A DNA stretch of 64,000 bases. It comes from Squalus acanthias. Its lineage: Eukaryota. Each line of letters opens with the position of its first letter. Position 1 is the first letter of the stretch. The stretch lies in contig CM059432.1 in NCBI GenBank assembly GCA_030390025.1, forward strand, positions 48,734,001-48,798,000, in the 5' to 3' direction. Of the stretch, positions 11,673 through 24,751 are shown one piece after another. The notes below the pieces were generated by a model. It worked only from the letters and a program-made list of their open reading frames with translations. It ran no database searches and had not been told where the DNA came from. The translations under genes were made by a program, and so were the position numbers.

Positions 11673-12520
11673 GGGCTGGATTTTGAAACTGGGGTCGGGT
11701 TGGTGTCCTGAATCACACATTTTGGCTTGTAAACCTGCCTCCATCGACTTGTGGCCAACCCACTGTATTTTCCCTTGATTGACCTTGTTGAGCCCGCCCA
11801 GTGGGCTCAGCAGGCCAATTAAGGGCCGGCCACCCGGCAACAGGTGACGTCACAGATTGACATTTCATCTGTCAAGAGCTTTTGACAGATGAAATATCAG
11901 CGTTTGACAGCTCTGTGAAGCTGTCAAACACTGACAATATGATTTCTAACTTGAGTCCTTCCTCTCAGGCTGAGTTAGAAATCATTCCAGCACAGAAAAC
12001 AGAAGGCTGCAGTTTTTGACAGGACCACGGCTTTTCTGCTTTCTGTGCCGGTGAGATTTCTGACTCCCGAGAACTGAAGGGCTGACACCTGCAGGAGGAA
12101 GTTAAGGTAAGTAAAACTTTTTCCCACACTTAGCACTTACCTTACACACTTACCTCTGCACACATGCACCCATCACTCACCTGCCCACCGGACATATCGA
12201 CCCCTCCAACCCCTGCAGACCCACAGTCCGCCCCGATAACTTGGCGTGGTTGCCACCTGTCGGGAAGCCCACATTTCACCTTTTAAAATAGGGATTAGGC
12301 AAAAAACTGCCTGTTAACTACCTGTTAACAGGCAGTTAATTGTCACTAATCCCTTCCCGCCTCGGGGAGTCGGGTCTCAGCACAGGTTGGGTACCCGCCG
12401 CCAGCGAAACTGGCATGGAGGCGGGTTGGAGGTGGGATGGGGTCGGGACCCCCGAATCTGCAACTTTAACCCCCCACATGCCTCCAAACCCGACTCCACG
12501 GGTCATTGAAAATCCAGCCC
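11673..12520 (+). mobile_element. PIF/Harbinger-type MITE, family 1 (palindrome-array family)
   Basis: 12 bp perfect TIR GGGCTGGATTTT with 3 bp TSD TTA on both sides (11670-11672, 12521-12523). Confidence 0.9.
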
Positions 12521-12915
12521 TTAATATATTAATGAGTCAGGCATTGAAGATGTGTTTCACAATGACTACAATCTGATCTTTTGTTTCAGACTTCCTACAT
12601 CCGCACCTATTATCATTGGGATGAACCTATTCATTTGAGCCCCGTATGCAGTTTCTGCTTGTATCAGCTCTTGGGGAGGAGGGGTGGTAGTGATTTTATT
12701 GATAGGCCTACTGGCAAATCACTAGTTGGGGAAGAAGTCAGAGAGATAGGACCCTCCACTTCCTTTGGTCAAGAGTGTAAAACGGGTGTAAAGATAAACA
12801 ATTCAGCAATTTTTAGGTGGCCCTGGCAATTGCCTAAAACGAGCGCAGGACTTATTTCAATATTAAAGTGAGGCTTCTGGGCTCATTTCAGACCCAGACT
12901 CCTAAACTTTTCAGG

Positions 12916-13959
12916 TTTTCAGTTTGGCAAACTGTAACTAGTGGGGTGCCACAGGGATCAGTTCTGGGGCCTAAACTATTTACAATCTATATTAATGACT
13001 TGGATGAAGGGACTGAGTGTAGTGTAGCCAAATTTGCTGATGATACAAAGATAAGTGGGAAAGCAAGTTGTGAGGAGGACACAAAGAATCTGCAAAGGGA
13101 TATAGATAGGTTAATTGAGTGGGCAAAAATTTGGCAGATGGAGTGTAATGTGGGAAAATGTGAGGTTATGCACTTTGGTAGGAAGAATAAAAAAGCAAAT
13201 TATTATTTAAATGGAGAGAGACTACAAAATGCTGCGGTACAGAGGGATCTGGGGGTCCTTGTACATGAAACACAAAAAGTTAGCATGCAGATACAGCAAG
13301 TAATTAGGAAGGCAAATGTAATGTTGGCCTTTATTGCAAGGGGGATGAAGTATAAAAGTAGGGAAGTCTTGCTACAACTGTACAAGGTGTTGGTGAGACC
13401 ACACCTGCGTACAGTTTTGGTCTCCTTATTTAAGGAGGGATATACTTGCATTGGAGGCAGTTCAGAGAAGGTTCACTAGGTTGATTCCTGAGATGAGGGG
13501 GTTGTCTTATGAAGAAAGGTTGAGCAGGTTTGGCCTATACTCACTGGAGTTTAGAAGAATGAGAGGGGATCGTATTGAAACATATAAGATTCTGAGGGGG
13601 CTTGACAGGGTAGATGCAGAGAGGATGTTTCCCCTCGTGAGGGAATCTAGAACTAGGGGGCATAGTTTCAGAATAAGGGGTCGCCCATTTAAAATGGAGA
13701 TGAGGAGGAATTTCTTCTCTCAGAGGGTCGTGAATCTTTGGAATTCTCTACCCGAGAGAGCTGTGGAGGCTGGGTCAGTGAATATATTTAGGTGGAGATA
13801 GTCAGATATTTGAACTATAGGGGAGTCAAGGGTTTTGGGGAGCAGGCAGGAAAGTGGAGTTGAGGCCAAGATCAGATCAGCCATGGTCTTATTGAACGGC
13901 GGAGCAGGCTCGAGGGGCCAAATGGCCTACTCCTGCTCCTATTTCTATGTTCTTATGTT
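12916..13959 (+). mobile_element. 5'-truncated CR1 LINE (RT C-terminus and 3' UTR)
   Basis: SGVPQGSVLGP, FADDTK, LVRPHL and SLEFRRMRGD motifs with one frameshift; TTCTATG-type tail. Confidence 0.92.
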
Positions 13960-14770
13960 AAACTTGTTTAGATTAGTTGGAGCTTGTGATGTGCAAGCTC
14001 TGACCAGTATTTCTGGGTTTTAAGCTGCCTAGACCAGCAGTCCATAATGGGATTGCTGGAGGTCGCTCAAAAAAAGGCCCCAAAGCTTTGTGAAATTTTG
14101 AGTTTTGTGGTGTTGGAAGGAGCAGGAGTGTTCCTCCTGCCTCCACAAAACAACTGCAGGGCACTGCCTACCCACCCTCAGCCCCCTCCCGATCACTTGC
14201 CTTCCCCCCTCCCCTGGACTTAACTGTGGGTCTCAGTGCTGGCCAAAATTGGTTAGGCCCAGACAGGTGAGCTGCATCAGGGCAGTGACTGGCGCCTGCA
14301 GCTCACCTGAATTATGATGATGAGGTCCGAGGATGAATTTAGTTTGGTCCTCGGGCCTCTCCGTTCTTGGTGCACCATCGGGATTGTGCCCGGTTTTGGG
14401 AATGAATTTAGGTCCCAGTGTAACAGAGACAGACCATTCTGAAACAACATCCATTTCATAATATTGCATTTTCAACCATGATGAATGTATATTGTACAAT
14501 GACATTATCTTTGGCCTATTAAAAACCTAACCTAATGCCAGTTAGACTTGCTTTCACGAATTATCTCATGTCCAAAAATTGCAATTTGAACCATAATGAG
14601 TATTTTTAGAAATTAACCATTATCTTAAAATTTTCAAGGAAAAGATTTTACAAACATAAAGAGGCAGAGGTGACACCTATTGCTGAGATAGTATTTATAC
14701 TGATGTACATGCTGAGGACTTTCCAAAACTTGTGATAAGCTGGGCACATTCATTTATACCAGTGGCTTAC

Positions 14771-14934
14771 ATTTTGGTCCTGCTGAAGCTGTCCCCGTGA
14801 TTGTAGACCGTGGACCTCCTTTCATGGGGAAGCCACCCTTTCCTCTGCGTGTGACCGGTATTGTGACACGTGGACGTTTTATTGGTATGACAGCACGAGG
14901 AGGTGGTGGAACACGGCCATGGTAATCAAACATC
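14771..14934 (-). CDS. RALYL: RALY RNA-binding protein-like, internal coding exon (164 nt)
   Basis: Encodes (R)[54 protein letters not shown], closely resembling vertebrate RALYL as recalled ([23 protein letters not shown]). Acceptor TTTTTCAG at 14935 and donor GTAAGC at 14770. Phase 2 start is compatible with the exon at 54250. Confidence 0.93.
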
Positions 14935-15473
14935 CTGAAAAATAAATTTATATTTAGAATGCAAGATGCAACTGTCGCTTTTCTCCTATATTTAAGTGAC
15001 AAAGTTAGCACCTCTACTCCAGTTTACGAGACACTAAAATGACGCCAACAAATGACTTCAGCCGCACCAAGCCACTTATTGATGAGCACACTTCAGGGGC
15101 TTCACAGCTTCTCAGTTTTATACTCCGAGATTTGAGATTCTCAGTTAACACGAATGACAAAAACATATGGGGAGTTGTCAGTTCTGTTTTGGCTGCAGCC
15201 TCGTTTTGGCTGTGACAATGATGTAGTCAGGGGTTTGTCATATGGGTGATGCCATCTGTTCTGTCAAATTGCTGAATTTGACAAATGAGAAAAAAATAAA
15301 ATCCACCCATAAAATAGCAATTTTATGTAAATTGCTGTTTGATCTCCTGTGGCCTTGCACATGGGGAGTTAAGACAAAGAGCAGAATTCAGGTGAGGCAG
15401 GGTTAGTGGGCGGGGGATATTTGGACAAGACAAACAGATATTATTTAAAATGTAAACTTTAAAATTACACATT

Positions 15474-16278
15474 GGGGGGAATTTTACCCCACCCCATGAT
15501 GGGGGTGGGGGGGGTGTTAAAAATTAAAAATTGGGTAGCGGGACCCCAACCCGCCGCATACAACCTGCCGCCATTTTTACAGCTCTCGAGAGATGGAACA
15601 TCTCCTTATAATATTTAAATCAGGCTCCCACAGTGCAGTTGGGAGCCTGATTTAAATTTAATGCTGACTAGCCAGGTTTCCCAGGGCTCAGGAAACCCAG
15701 CAGTGAAATGGAGACGGGAGAAGCCGGATCAAGCAGGTAAGTGCTATTTATAGCACTGCTTGTGAGCCAGGAGGAGCAGGAGTGCTTCCCCCAGCCACTC
15801 AAGCAAATCCTCTGCCACACCCTCCATCCAAACTCATGATTCCAAGCCTTATGGCCCGCAATCTTTGCCGATCTCCCCTCATGCCCCGTGATCTTTGCCG
15901 ATTGCCAGGGACTGCCCCCAGCAGTTTCTGGCTGCAGCCTTCTACCACAGGCTTTCCTGCCCAACAGCTGGCCAGCCTGTCAATCTGGCCAGCCTGTCAA
16001 TCTGGCCAGCTGCTGGATGGGAACCAGAATTTAAAAAATGATAATGAGGTCCTGAAGTTAAATTTGCCTTCAGCAATCTTGGCGAGAGGACTTCAAACAG
16101 GCGTTAGGCCCCTTATTTGTTTTTGGAAAGGGTCTAACGCCTGCTTCAGGTGTGGCTAAAGGATGCCTCTTGTGTGTCCTAACCCAATATGGTGGGTGGT
16201 GCACTTTCGCCATATTGGCGCCTTAGTAGTCCAAGTCGTACCCGAAAGACGAGCGTTGCGTGGACCAATTTCTGGGCC
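15474..16278 (+). mobile_element. Harbinger-type MITE, family 3
   Basis: Ends GGGGGGAATTTT and AATTTCTGGGCC. Interior is homologous, in inverted orientation, to 6810-6925. TSD imperfect (ATT/ATG). Confidence 0.6.
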
Positions 16279-17164
16279 ATGAGAGTTTAGTGGAATGTGA
16301 TATTTCCTAGACACGGACTCTGGTTAGAGAGACTGCAATGGTCTTTTTCCAGTCCGGTACATTACTTTGTCCTTATGTAATTTTGCCAGACAAAACTCAA
16401 GTTTGAAGGACAAGCTCTATAATTGTACTATTACATAGAATAACATGGAATGTAAAGCACAGAAACAGGCCATTCGGCCCAACTGGACCATGCTTTTATG
16501 CTTTTCACAGTTGAATTGAACATAATATAATCATTTCACACACCCACCATTTTACTTTACTAAAATCTTAGTGACAAAACTGATATAGTTTTCCAAATTT
16601 TTTTATACTGTTATCAAGAATATTTAACAATCCATATAATTGATGCATTGCAAAAAATATGACTGCAAAATACCATTTATAAAATTCAGGTAATCAAGAG
16701 CAAATAGTACCAAAGAATTAGTACCAACCTCAACATTTATTCTCTGTTTGTGTCGACTTTTTTTATTAGCATGGAGTACTGAAGACAGAGCGTGGGAGAT
16801 GAATTATACACTGAGTGACCCTAGGTCAGTGACTGAACCTTGGCGGATACCTATTCGAGTCCCTGTACTTGGGTTTACTAACTACGCTTGTCCATGTCAA
16901 TCTGTTGAACGCACCTTAAATCCATTTCTGATGCAAATCTACCAGCCCAATGCATCGGAGTCCTGCAGGAAAATAGAAATTCTGATACACGTGACTTGTA
17001 CATTGGATTTAGGTGCCTCATGTTCCCTCCGTCAATGAGTGCAGCCATCACAGAGTTATTTTAGTGTACTATTACACAGAATTACATAGTATGTAGAGCA
17101 CAGAAATTATATGGATTGTTAAATATTCTTGATACTGGCATAAAAAAATTTGGAAAACTATATC

Positions 17165-17625
17165 AGTGTGGCTCAGTGGGTAGCATCTTCGCCTCTGAGT
17201 CAGAAAGTTGTTGGTTCAAGTCCCACTCCAGAGACTTGAGCATAAAAATCTAAGCTGACGCTCCAGTGCAGTGCTGAGGGAGTGCTGCACTGTCGGAGGT
17301 GCCGTCTTTAGGATGAGACTTTGAATTGAGGCCCCGTCTGATCTCTCAGGTGGACGTCAAAGATCCCATGGCACTATTTCGAAGAAGAGCAGGGGAGTTA
17401 TCCCCAGTGTCCAGGCCAATATTTATCCCTCAGTCAACATCACAAAAACAGATTATCTGGTCATTATCACATTGTTGTTCGTGGGACCTTGCTGTGGGCA
17501 AACTGACTGTCATGTTTCCTACATTACAACAGTGACTACACTTCAAGAAGTACTTAATTGGCTGTAAAGCGCTTTGGGACGTCCTGTGGTCGTGAATGGC
17601 GCTATATAAATGCAAGACTTTTTTT
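17165..17625 (+). mobile_element. tRNA-derived Deu-domain SINE (SacSINE1-like), near full length
   Basis: A box TGGCTCAGTGGG, B box GGTTCAAGTCC, core GGAGGTGCCGTCTTT.GGATGAGAC...AAAGATCCCATGGCACT, and an L2-like tail. Confidence 0.85.
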
Positions 17626-18971
17626 TCTTCCAAACCATTAATTTGGATGAGTCTCAGTGGAAGTGGTGGAACTATATCAGATTATGATTTTTGTGCTGAA
17701 TTCACACTGCTAAAGGCACAGAATCAACAGGAATATCATTGTATAACAAGGACAACATTCATGTTGGTGCATGTGTGTATACATTGACTGAGGACGAGAT
17801 CAGTGTCCTCTGTGTCTCCCCCCACCCGCACCCCCCATCCATGATTGCAAACCTTGCTAACACTCCTTGGGATACATTTTCATCTTTACTAACTGGGCGG
17901 TAATCCAGTGTGTTGGATCACGTGCCCTTTAAATCAGTGGAATTATTATATTGGGTTCTATAAAGGATGGGCAATCCACCCTGCCAGATTACTGACCAGG
18001 CAGTTGAAGGCAAAAATCTCCCCTTATCACATATGAGCAATGGCCTGTTGGGCGTAGTATCAGATGGCTGCAGGTTCACACGGAAGTGTCACCCCTGCAT
18101 AAACTGCCAACTATAGGAGAAGATAAGAGAAATATTTAGAAAATAAGAGATATGAGGGGTACTTTTTCAACTAAGTGGAAAAGTAACAGGCTTGCTGTGC
18201 TGGGTCTTCCATTCATTCAAATTAATGGACAAGAAATCATGCACAGTGTGTGCTTGAACTTTCTATATGTGTTGGTGTTGGGTGAGGCTCCCTGGCAGCA
18301 GCAGATAATCATAACATTACCCCCATGATACTGTATCTTCAGAGATGGGTGGGAAAATAACAATTCTATGATTCTATGATCCAGGCCACATATTCTAATA
18401 CCACTCAAAAAGGCATCTGATAAAGGCTATGAAAATATCATACTTCCACATTTCCATAGCTGTCATGTTCATTAAAGCCTGATCTTCAAGTTAAAAAATG
18501 CATTCCTATTTTCGACAACTATCTTGATGACCTTTGTAGCCAATTGCCTTGAAACAAATGCTGGTTTGAAAAGCTCCATTTGATCAAATTCCAGATGAGA
18601 TTTATACTAGCTGGAAGAGGTTTGGAGGAGGAACTGATAAGAACTGCATTATTCATGTTAACTCTGAATAAATACACTTATTAGGTGCCCTTTTTTTTCT
18701 TCTCAAGATTTAGAACAACAGTTATATATTCTGCCAGAGCTTTGGCTTGACTTTTCAAATCTCAGACTGTCAGCATTACAGTCAAGGATAGGAAGGATGT
18801 CAGATATTGAACTAAGGTGGAGATTAATAGCAGTTGGCTGCATTTTTTTACAAAGGCTGGCACAGAAATGTCATCTCCTGTCAGACAGGTTTTCTACTTG
18901 AAATTTGGAAGAGAATGGGACCAATGTAAGGCTTGATATGACTTGAGTTTATTAACCCCTTCATTGACACA

Positions 18972-19365
18972 AGAAAGAACTTGCATTTCTATAGTGCCCT
19001 TCAAGACTTCAGGACATCGCAAAGCGCTTTACAACCAATGAAGAGTTTTTGAAGTGTGGCCGCTGTTGTAATGTAGGAAACACAGCAACCAATCTGCATA
19101 CAGCAAGATCTCACAAAGAGCAATGTGACAATGATCAGATAATCTGTATTTTTTGATGTTGGTTGAGGGATAAGTATTGGCCCCAGGACATCGGGGAGAA
19201 CTCCCCTGCTCTTCTTCCAATAGTAGCCATGGGATCTTTTATGTCCACCTGTGAGGACAGATGGGGCCTTGGTTTAACATCTCATCCAAAAGACAGCACC
19301 TCCGACAGTTCAGCGCTCTCTCAGTACTAGCACTGGGGAGTGTTGGCCTGGGTAATGGGGCTCAA
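18972..19365 (-). mobile_element. Deu-domain SINE, second copy (head lost)
   Basis: Reverse complement of about 17245-17620. Confidence 0.85.
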
Positions 19366-19677
19366 GCATATACTTAGGCCTGAATCAAATCCACTGCAGA
19401 CAGCATTAACAAAAATTTCAAGTTTTGTGAAGGAACATTTTAGGCCATTGGTGGATGTCTTAGGTGGATGATTTTCTTATAAGAAAAATCTTTCCCTCCT
19501 TTAAGATACCAAGGTCTATTTTCCTCTTTCGTGGCTGTGGATCTAGGACTTCTGCCTGCAACATATGCCCCAGCCCTGGCCAATTTCCGAGCGTCAGGCT
19601 CTTTATCATAACTTGGGCAGGTGACAGGGCCGTTCATGCTGCTGTTGGGCCATCTTCCACCCACAGATTGTGGGGAA

Positions 19678-19881
19678 TGGGGAACTGCTGCACCGTCTTA
19701 ATACAGTTAGCATGAGGGGAGGGAAAATGCTGCACCGTCTTACCATAGATAGCATGGGAGAGGGGAAGTGCTGTGCTGTCTTACTACTGGTAGCGTGATG
19801 GAGAGGAATTACTGCGCAGTCTTACCACAGGTAGTTTGGGGAGAGGGGAATTGCTGAGCTGTCTTAGCACAGGTAGTGTGG
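19678..19881. repeat. Degenerate tandem repeat, 5 units of about 41 bp
   Basis: Recurring GGGGAA.TGCTGC.C.GTCTTACCACAGGTAG unit. Confidence 0.8.
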
Positions 19882-20204
19882 CTGGCGGTGCCCGTCAAGA
19901 TCCATTTTTTTTTGGTGCATTTTGAATTTGCCACTTTGAGTAATGGGATCAATTGATTGGATTCGGCAAAGATTTCCTTTAAAATTTACCCTGCACCCGC
20001 TGTCAATAGTAACGCTGAATGCCAGGAGCGCAATTGACAAGAAATACATTGCGTGATGTAATCCCATCATTTGCATCTTATAATACCACACTCAATGGGA
20101 TCACTTTTCCCTCTGTGTGGTTTTTGTGCGCCTGGCTGCCCAAAAGTGTTGGCAATTTAAGGCAGCTTTAAAAATCGGCCGGGTTGTAAAGCGAGGTGCT
20201 GATC

Positions 20205-21519
20205 CATAGAAACATAGAAACATAGAAGATAGGAGCAGGAGTAGGCCATTTGGCCCCTCGAGCCTGTTCCGCCATTTCATGAGATCATGGCTGATCATCC
20301 AAATTCAGTACCCCGTCCCTGCTTTCTCCCCATATCCCTTGATCCCTTTAGCCTTAAGAAATATATCTAACTCCTTCTTGAATATATTTAATGAATTGGC
20401 CTCAACTGTCTTGTGTGGTAGAGAATTCCACAGGTTCACCACTCTCTGGGTGAAGACATTCCTCCTCATCTCAGTCCTAAATGGCTTACCCCTTATCCTT
20501 AGACTGTGACCCTGGTTCTGGACTCCCCCACCATCGGGAACATCCTTCCTGCATCTAGTCTGTCTAGTCCTGTTAGAATTTTATAAGTTTCAATGAGATC
20601 TCCTCTCATTCTTCTAAACTCTAGCAAATATAAGCCTAATCGACCCAATCTCTCCTCATACGTCATTCCTGCCATCCCAGGTATCAGTCTGGTGAATCTT
20701 CGCTGCACTCTCTCCATGGCAAGAACATCCTTCCTCAGATAAGATGACCAAAACTGCACAATACTCAAGGTGTGGTCTCACCAAGGCCCTGTACAACTGC
20801 AGCAAAACATGCTTGCTCCTGTACTCGAATCCTCTCGCTATGAAGGCCAACATACCATTTGCCTTCTTAACCGCCTGCTCCACTTGCATGCTTACCTTCA
20901 GCGACTGGTGCACAAGGACACCCAGTTCTCGTTGTACTTCCCCTTTTCCCAATCTATTGCCGTTCAGATAATAATCTGTCTTCCTGTTTTTGCCACCAAA
21001 GTGGATAACCTCGCATTTATCCACATTATACTGCATTTGCCATGCATCTGCCCAATCACCCAACCTGTCCAAATCATACTGGAATTTCTCTGCATCCTCC
21101 TCACAGCACACACGCCCACCCAGCTTTGTGTCGTCTGCAAACTTGGAGATATTACATCTAGTTCCCTCGTCTAGATCATTTATATATATTGTGAATAGCT
21201 GGGGTCCTAGCACCGATCCCTGCGGTACCCCACTAGTCACTGCCTGCCACTCGGAAAAAGACCTGTTTATTCCAACTCTTTGCTTCCTGTCTGCCAACCA
21301 GTTCTCTATCCAAGTCAGTACCTTACCCCCAATCCCATGTGCTTTAACTTTGCACGCTAATCTCTTATGCGGGACCTTATCGAAAGCCTTCTGAAAGTCC
21401 AAATACACCACATCCACTGGTTCTCCCTTATCTATTCTACCAGTTACATCCTCAAAAAATTCCAGTAGATTAGTCAAGCATGATTTACCTTTTGTAAATC
21501 CATGTTGACTTTGTCCAGT
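20205..21519 (-). mobile_element. 5'-truncated CR1 LINE
   Basis: ORF 20656-21477 has [21 protein letters not shown] and FADDTK; (CATAGAAA)3 tail at 20205. Confidence 0.95.
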
Positions 21520-24500
21520 CTCATTAGTTTCCCCCTGGATGGGTTAGGTTAAAATGACCCCCGTTTATGTGCGTAAACGTGATTTTTGCTGCACTTCCAA
21601 CAAAGTTACAGTTGCGGAACTGTACAGGTGGCGGGGGTATGCTGTCTGTGAACTGGGTGGGATGGAGCTGGTAAAGTTCCTCTGTGGACTGGGGCACTTG
21701 GAGAGGGTACAGTGTCTGTAAACTTGGGGTTCGGGGGAGAGGGCATCTATAAACTGGGAGGTTGGAGGGCGTGTGTATCTGTGGGAGTGTGTTGGTTGGA
21801 GCAGGGAGGTAGCCTCCGTGGACTGTTGAAGTAACTTTTGGGGAAGTGATGGGCTGGTTGATCTGTGGAAAAGCCTAATGCCACTTACTTTCCATTTTTT
21901 TTTAATTGAAAAGCGGTTAATTGTGAAGTTAACAAAAAGTGCTTGAAACTAACCGGAATTAATCATTTTTATTGTAAGAATTCAAACTTTCCCTCGGGAG
22001 CATGCGATAAATTCCCTGAGAGATGCATCACCGGTTGCCACCGGTTTCAAGGGACGGACTGTCACATTGTAAAACAGGAGAGAAAAAAATAATTCTCAGA
22101 ATGAAAGCTCAGCCCTAACAAAGAGCTCTTCAATCACGCTGAATTGCATATTAAATGTGTTGAGCTTATATCCATTTATTAACTGCTGCCAATGATGTGT
22201 TACATTTCTGACAAGTGTGTTGCCCCCTCACCCCCCAGATTAACCCTTCCCCTTTAGTATTAAAATCAATATCCTTGAAAAGCTATTAAGATCTCGAAAA
22301 ACTGTGTCCACCACGTGATATCATGGTTTCTGCTAAAGGAGTCATTTTTCAAGGGCCAACCTTGAAATAAATATAATTATGTATCTGAGTCTCCACGTGT
22401 TTTCATTGCTTCAGAGGAGCCTCTGGATGAGTGCTGAAAAGGTTGTCTACAATTTTTCCCATTAGTCCTAATTGTGGGGCTGTAGATTACACAGACAAAT
22501 GAAACAAAGCTAATGGGTAGAAAATAGTGATAATGAACTGAATGTTCGCACCAGTAAAAAGCTTTTTTTAAGCACTCCTGTGATAAAGTAATTTGTATGT
22601 GCCGTTTGTACAGGTTCTAAACCTTCTAGACTAAAATCCGTTTATATATTTATACTACGGTGAAGACTTTGCCATTTCAGAGTTATCCTCCATTTTCCAG
22701 TCTCATTGCGGGCATTGGCAAAACAATATTTTTTCATGTCACACATTACAGGTACCATCAAATGATGATACACTGCAATTTCTGGACTCCCTCAATTGCT
22801 TAGTAGGCAAACGTACCTTGTCATACAAATTAAGAAGGTCCAGGATGGATCCCTGGTCTATGCTGAGTTAGCTGATGTGAGACAGGGAATGGTGGGGGGG
22901 CACTATAAAGACTTTAGTGCCTCCTCCCCCGCCCACTTACTAAGAGGGGTGAAAACCAGCCACAGCTCCCACTCCTGAATAGTGTCCCATGGCCTCTGTT
23001 GGAATGTGCATGTGTATGGATGTCAGGTCAGGTCAGGTCACGAAAGGATCAGGCTTAGTTGCAATACACTGGTCAATGGTCAAACACCCTGTGGACACTC
23101 ACTCTTTGGGCTCACTCATTAGAAATGGCCAATTGGATAAGATAAGAGCTACCAAAATTGGTGCAACTACATTAGCCTTCCATACTGGAGGGGAGAAAAT
23201 AAACTATTTGTTTCAGCTTTGTGGATTTGTCCAAACTAAAATCGACGTTATTTTTCAACACCAGCACTCATGTTACACAACGTCAGAAGGAAAAACTCAG
23301 CACCTGTAATGGTGATGAGGATGGGAGGCAGATTGTGAACCTATAGATAGAAAGCTTGGAAATTGTAAATTATCTGAAAGTGTGTATGCAATTTTAAGGA
23401 ATAAAACCAATGTTTGGTAATGCGCCGAAGGCACATTCCCAGATATCGGGTGACTTTGTAAGCCAGTCAAGCTTCATTCTCCCAGTTATTCCTTCAGATG
23501 TGTTACAGGCTGACAAAACAGTCTGAGCATCATTTATTCTCTCTAAATTTACTTTATAAATATACTCATAAATAATAACATGTAAATCAAAATCAAAATG
23601 GAAATAGTAGAATACCAGAGACAGGTGATCTTTGGTATTATCAGATTGGCTGTGGCTACATCTTATTAGAACATGACAGGCTTCTCCATTAATACACAGA
23701 ACCTTGATTTGAACGCTCTGACTAAGCTTTGAGTTCCAAGAATCTCTAATGAATGAATTATTAAAAACAAATATGATTTTAAAATAACTTTGCATTGAAA
23801 CATATGTACACAGTATATATTTTGACAAGTCCTGCGATTAAAAATCTGCCTGGCAGTTTTCATACGTGCCTAATTATCCCACTTACAAAAATATTTTCAC
23901 AAACTGGGTGAGAGATTAACATAATATAATAGAGATTAAGTTCAGTTTGTTGCACTGAATGTAATTAATTGATGCTGTGCAACAGGGGAAGAATAGAGAT
24001 AGTGCTGCAAATCATAACGTGTTCACAGTCAACCAGATGGGAGCCACAAAAACTGCAGAGTAAAAATTAATTTGACTGTGGTGGATTTTGTTTGTTCATA
24101 TACAAACCAGATTGTAAAAATAAAACAGTATTTTTTTGTACGGATACAATCAATACCAATGGCAGTAGTGAATAAATAAATATAAATCAGAGTTGTTTAA
24201 ATAGCTTCTTAATTTGCACTTGAATAGAAGACAGCCATTGAGGATGGAATATAACTTTTCAGAAATAAAATTTAAGTACCGTATGTCAGGAATAACAGTT
24301 TGCTTGGAATTTGTTGCAAGGAAATCCCCAGGTTCAAATAACACGATAAATCACAAACCGCAGCACTGTAATAATCTTTTACAACCACCGATCTAAGCCA
24401 GCCATTATTATCTGTTTAGCATTTGAAAAATTCCAAATCAGCTCAGACTTACTTGGTGCAAATCCATGAAACCAATGACTATTAAAGGCATCATGGGAAG

Positions 24501-24751
24501 AATGACAGTGACGTAAGCAATTATAATGCTATATGAGCATCAAGTTGAGAGACTTTTACTGAAAAATAATATGTTCTATTTTATAGAGAGATGACATTTA
24601 TGTACATATCATACAAATATGAAGGATCTGTAATATAATAAACAACAACTTACATTTACGGAGTTCTTTTCACTTAACTAAATGGCCCATGGCTCTTTCA
24701 AGGAGAGTGGTAGGCACTGGACATAAAGTGGGAGAGAAATCAGGAAGACGA

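Noticed and set aside
1..14770. Next RALYL exon (coiled-coil LK.DELQTIKKELTQIK segment)
   Set aside because: No matching translation was seen on the minus strand, so it probably lies left of the window. A by-eye miss cannot be excluded.
17165..17240. Possible tRNA gene
   Set aside because: The A and B boxes continue into a Deu-domain body and LINE-like tail, so it is a SINE head.
19882..21563. Possible further MITE split by the CR1 at 20205-21519 (right end GTTAAAATGACCCCC)
   Set aside because: No matching left TIR or TSD could be identified.
22825..23160. Possible ancient SINE-like repeat (similar impression at about 17785-18100)
   Set aside because: Too degenerate to assign or bound without a repeat library.
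24445..24530. Strong minus-strand donor (AA/GTAAGT near 24451) suggesting a cassette exon
   Set aside because: The upstream acceptor is weak and the translation shows no RALYL-like sequence.
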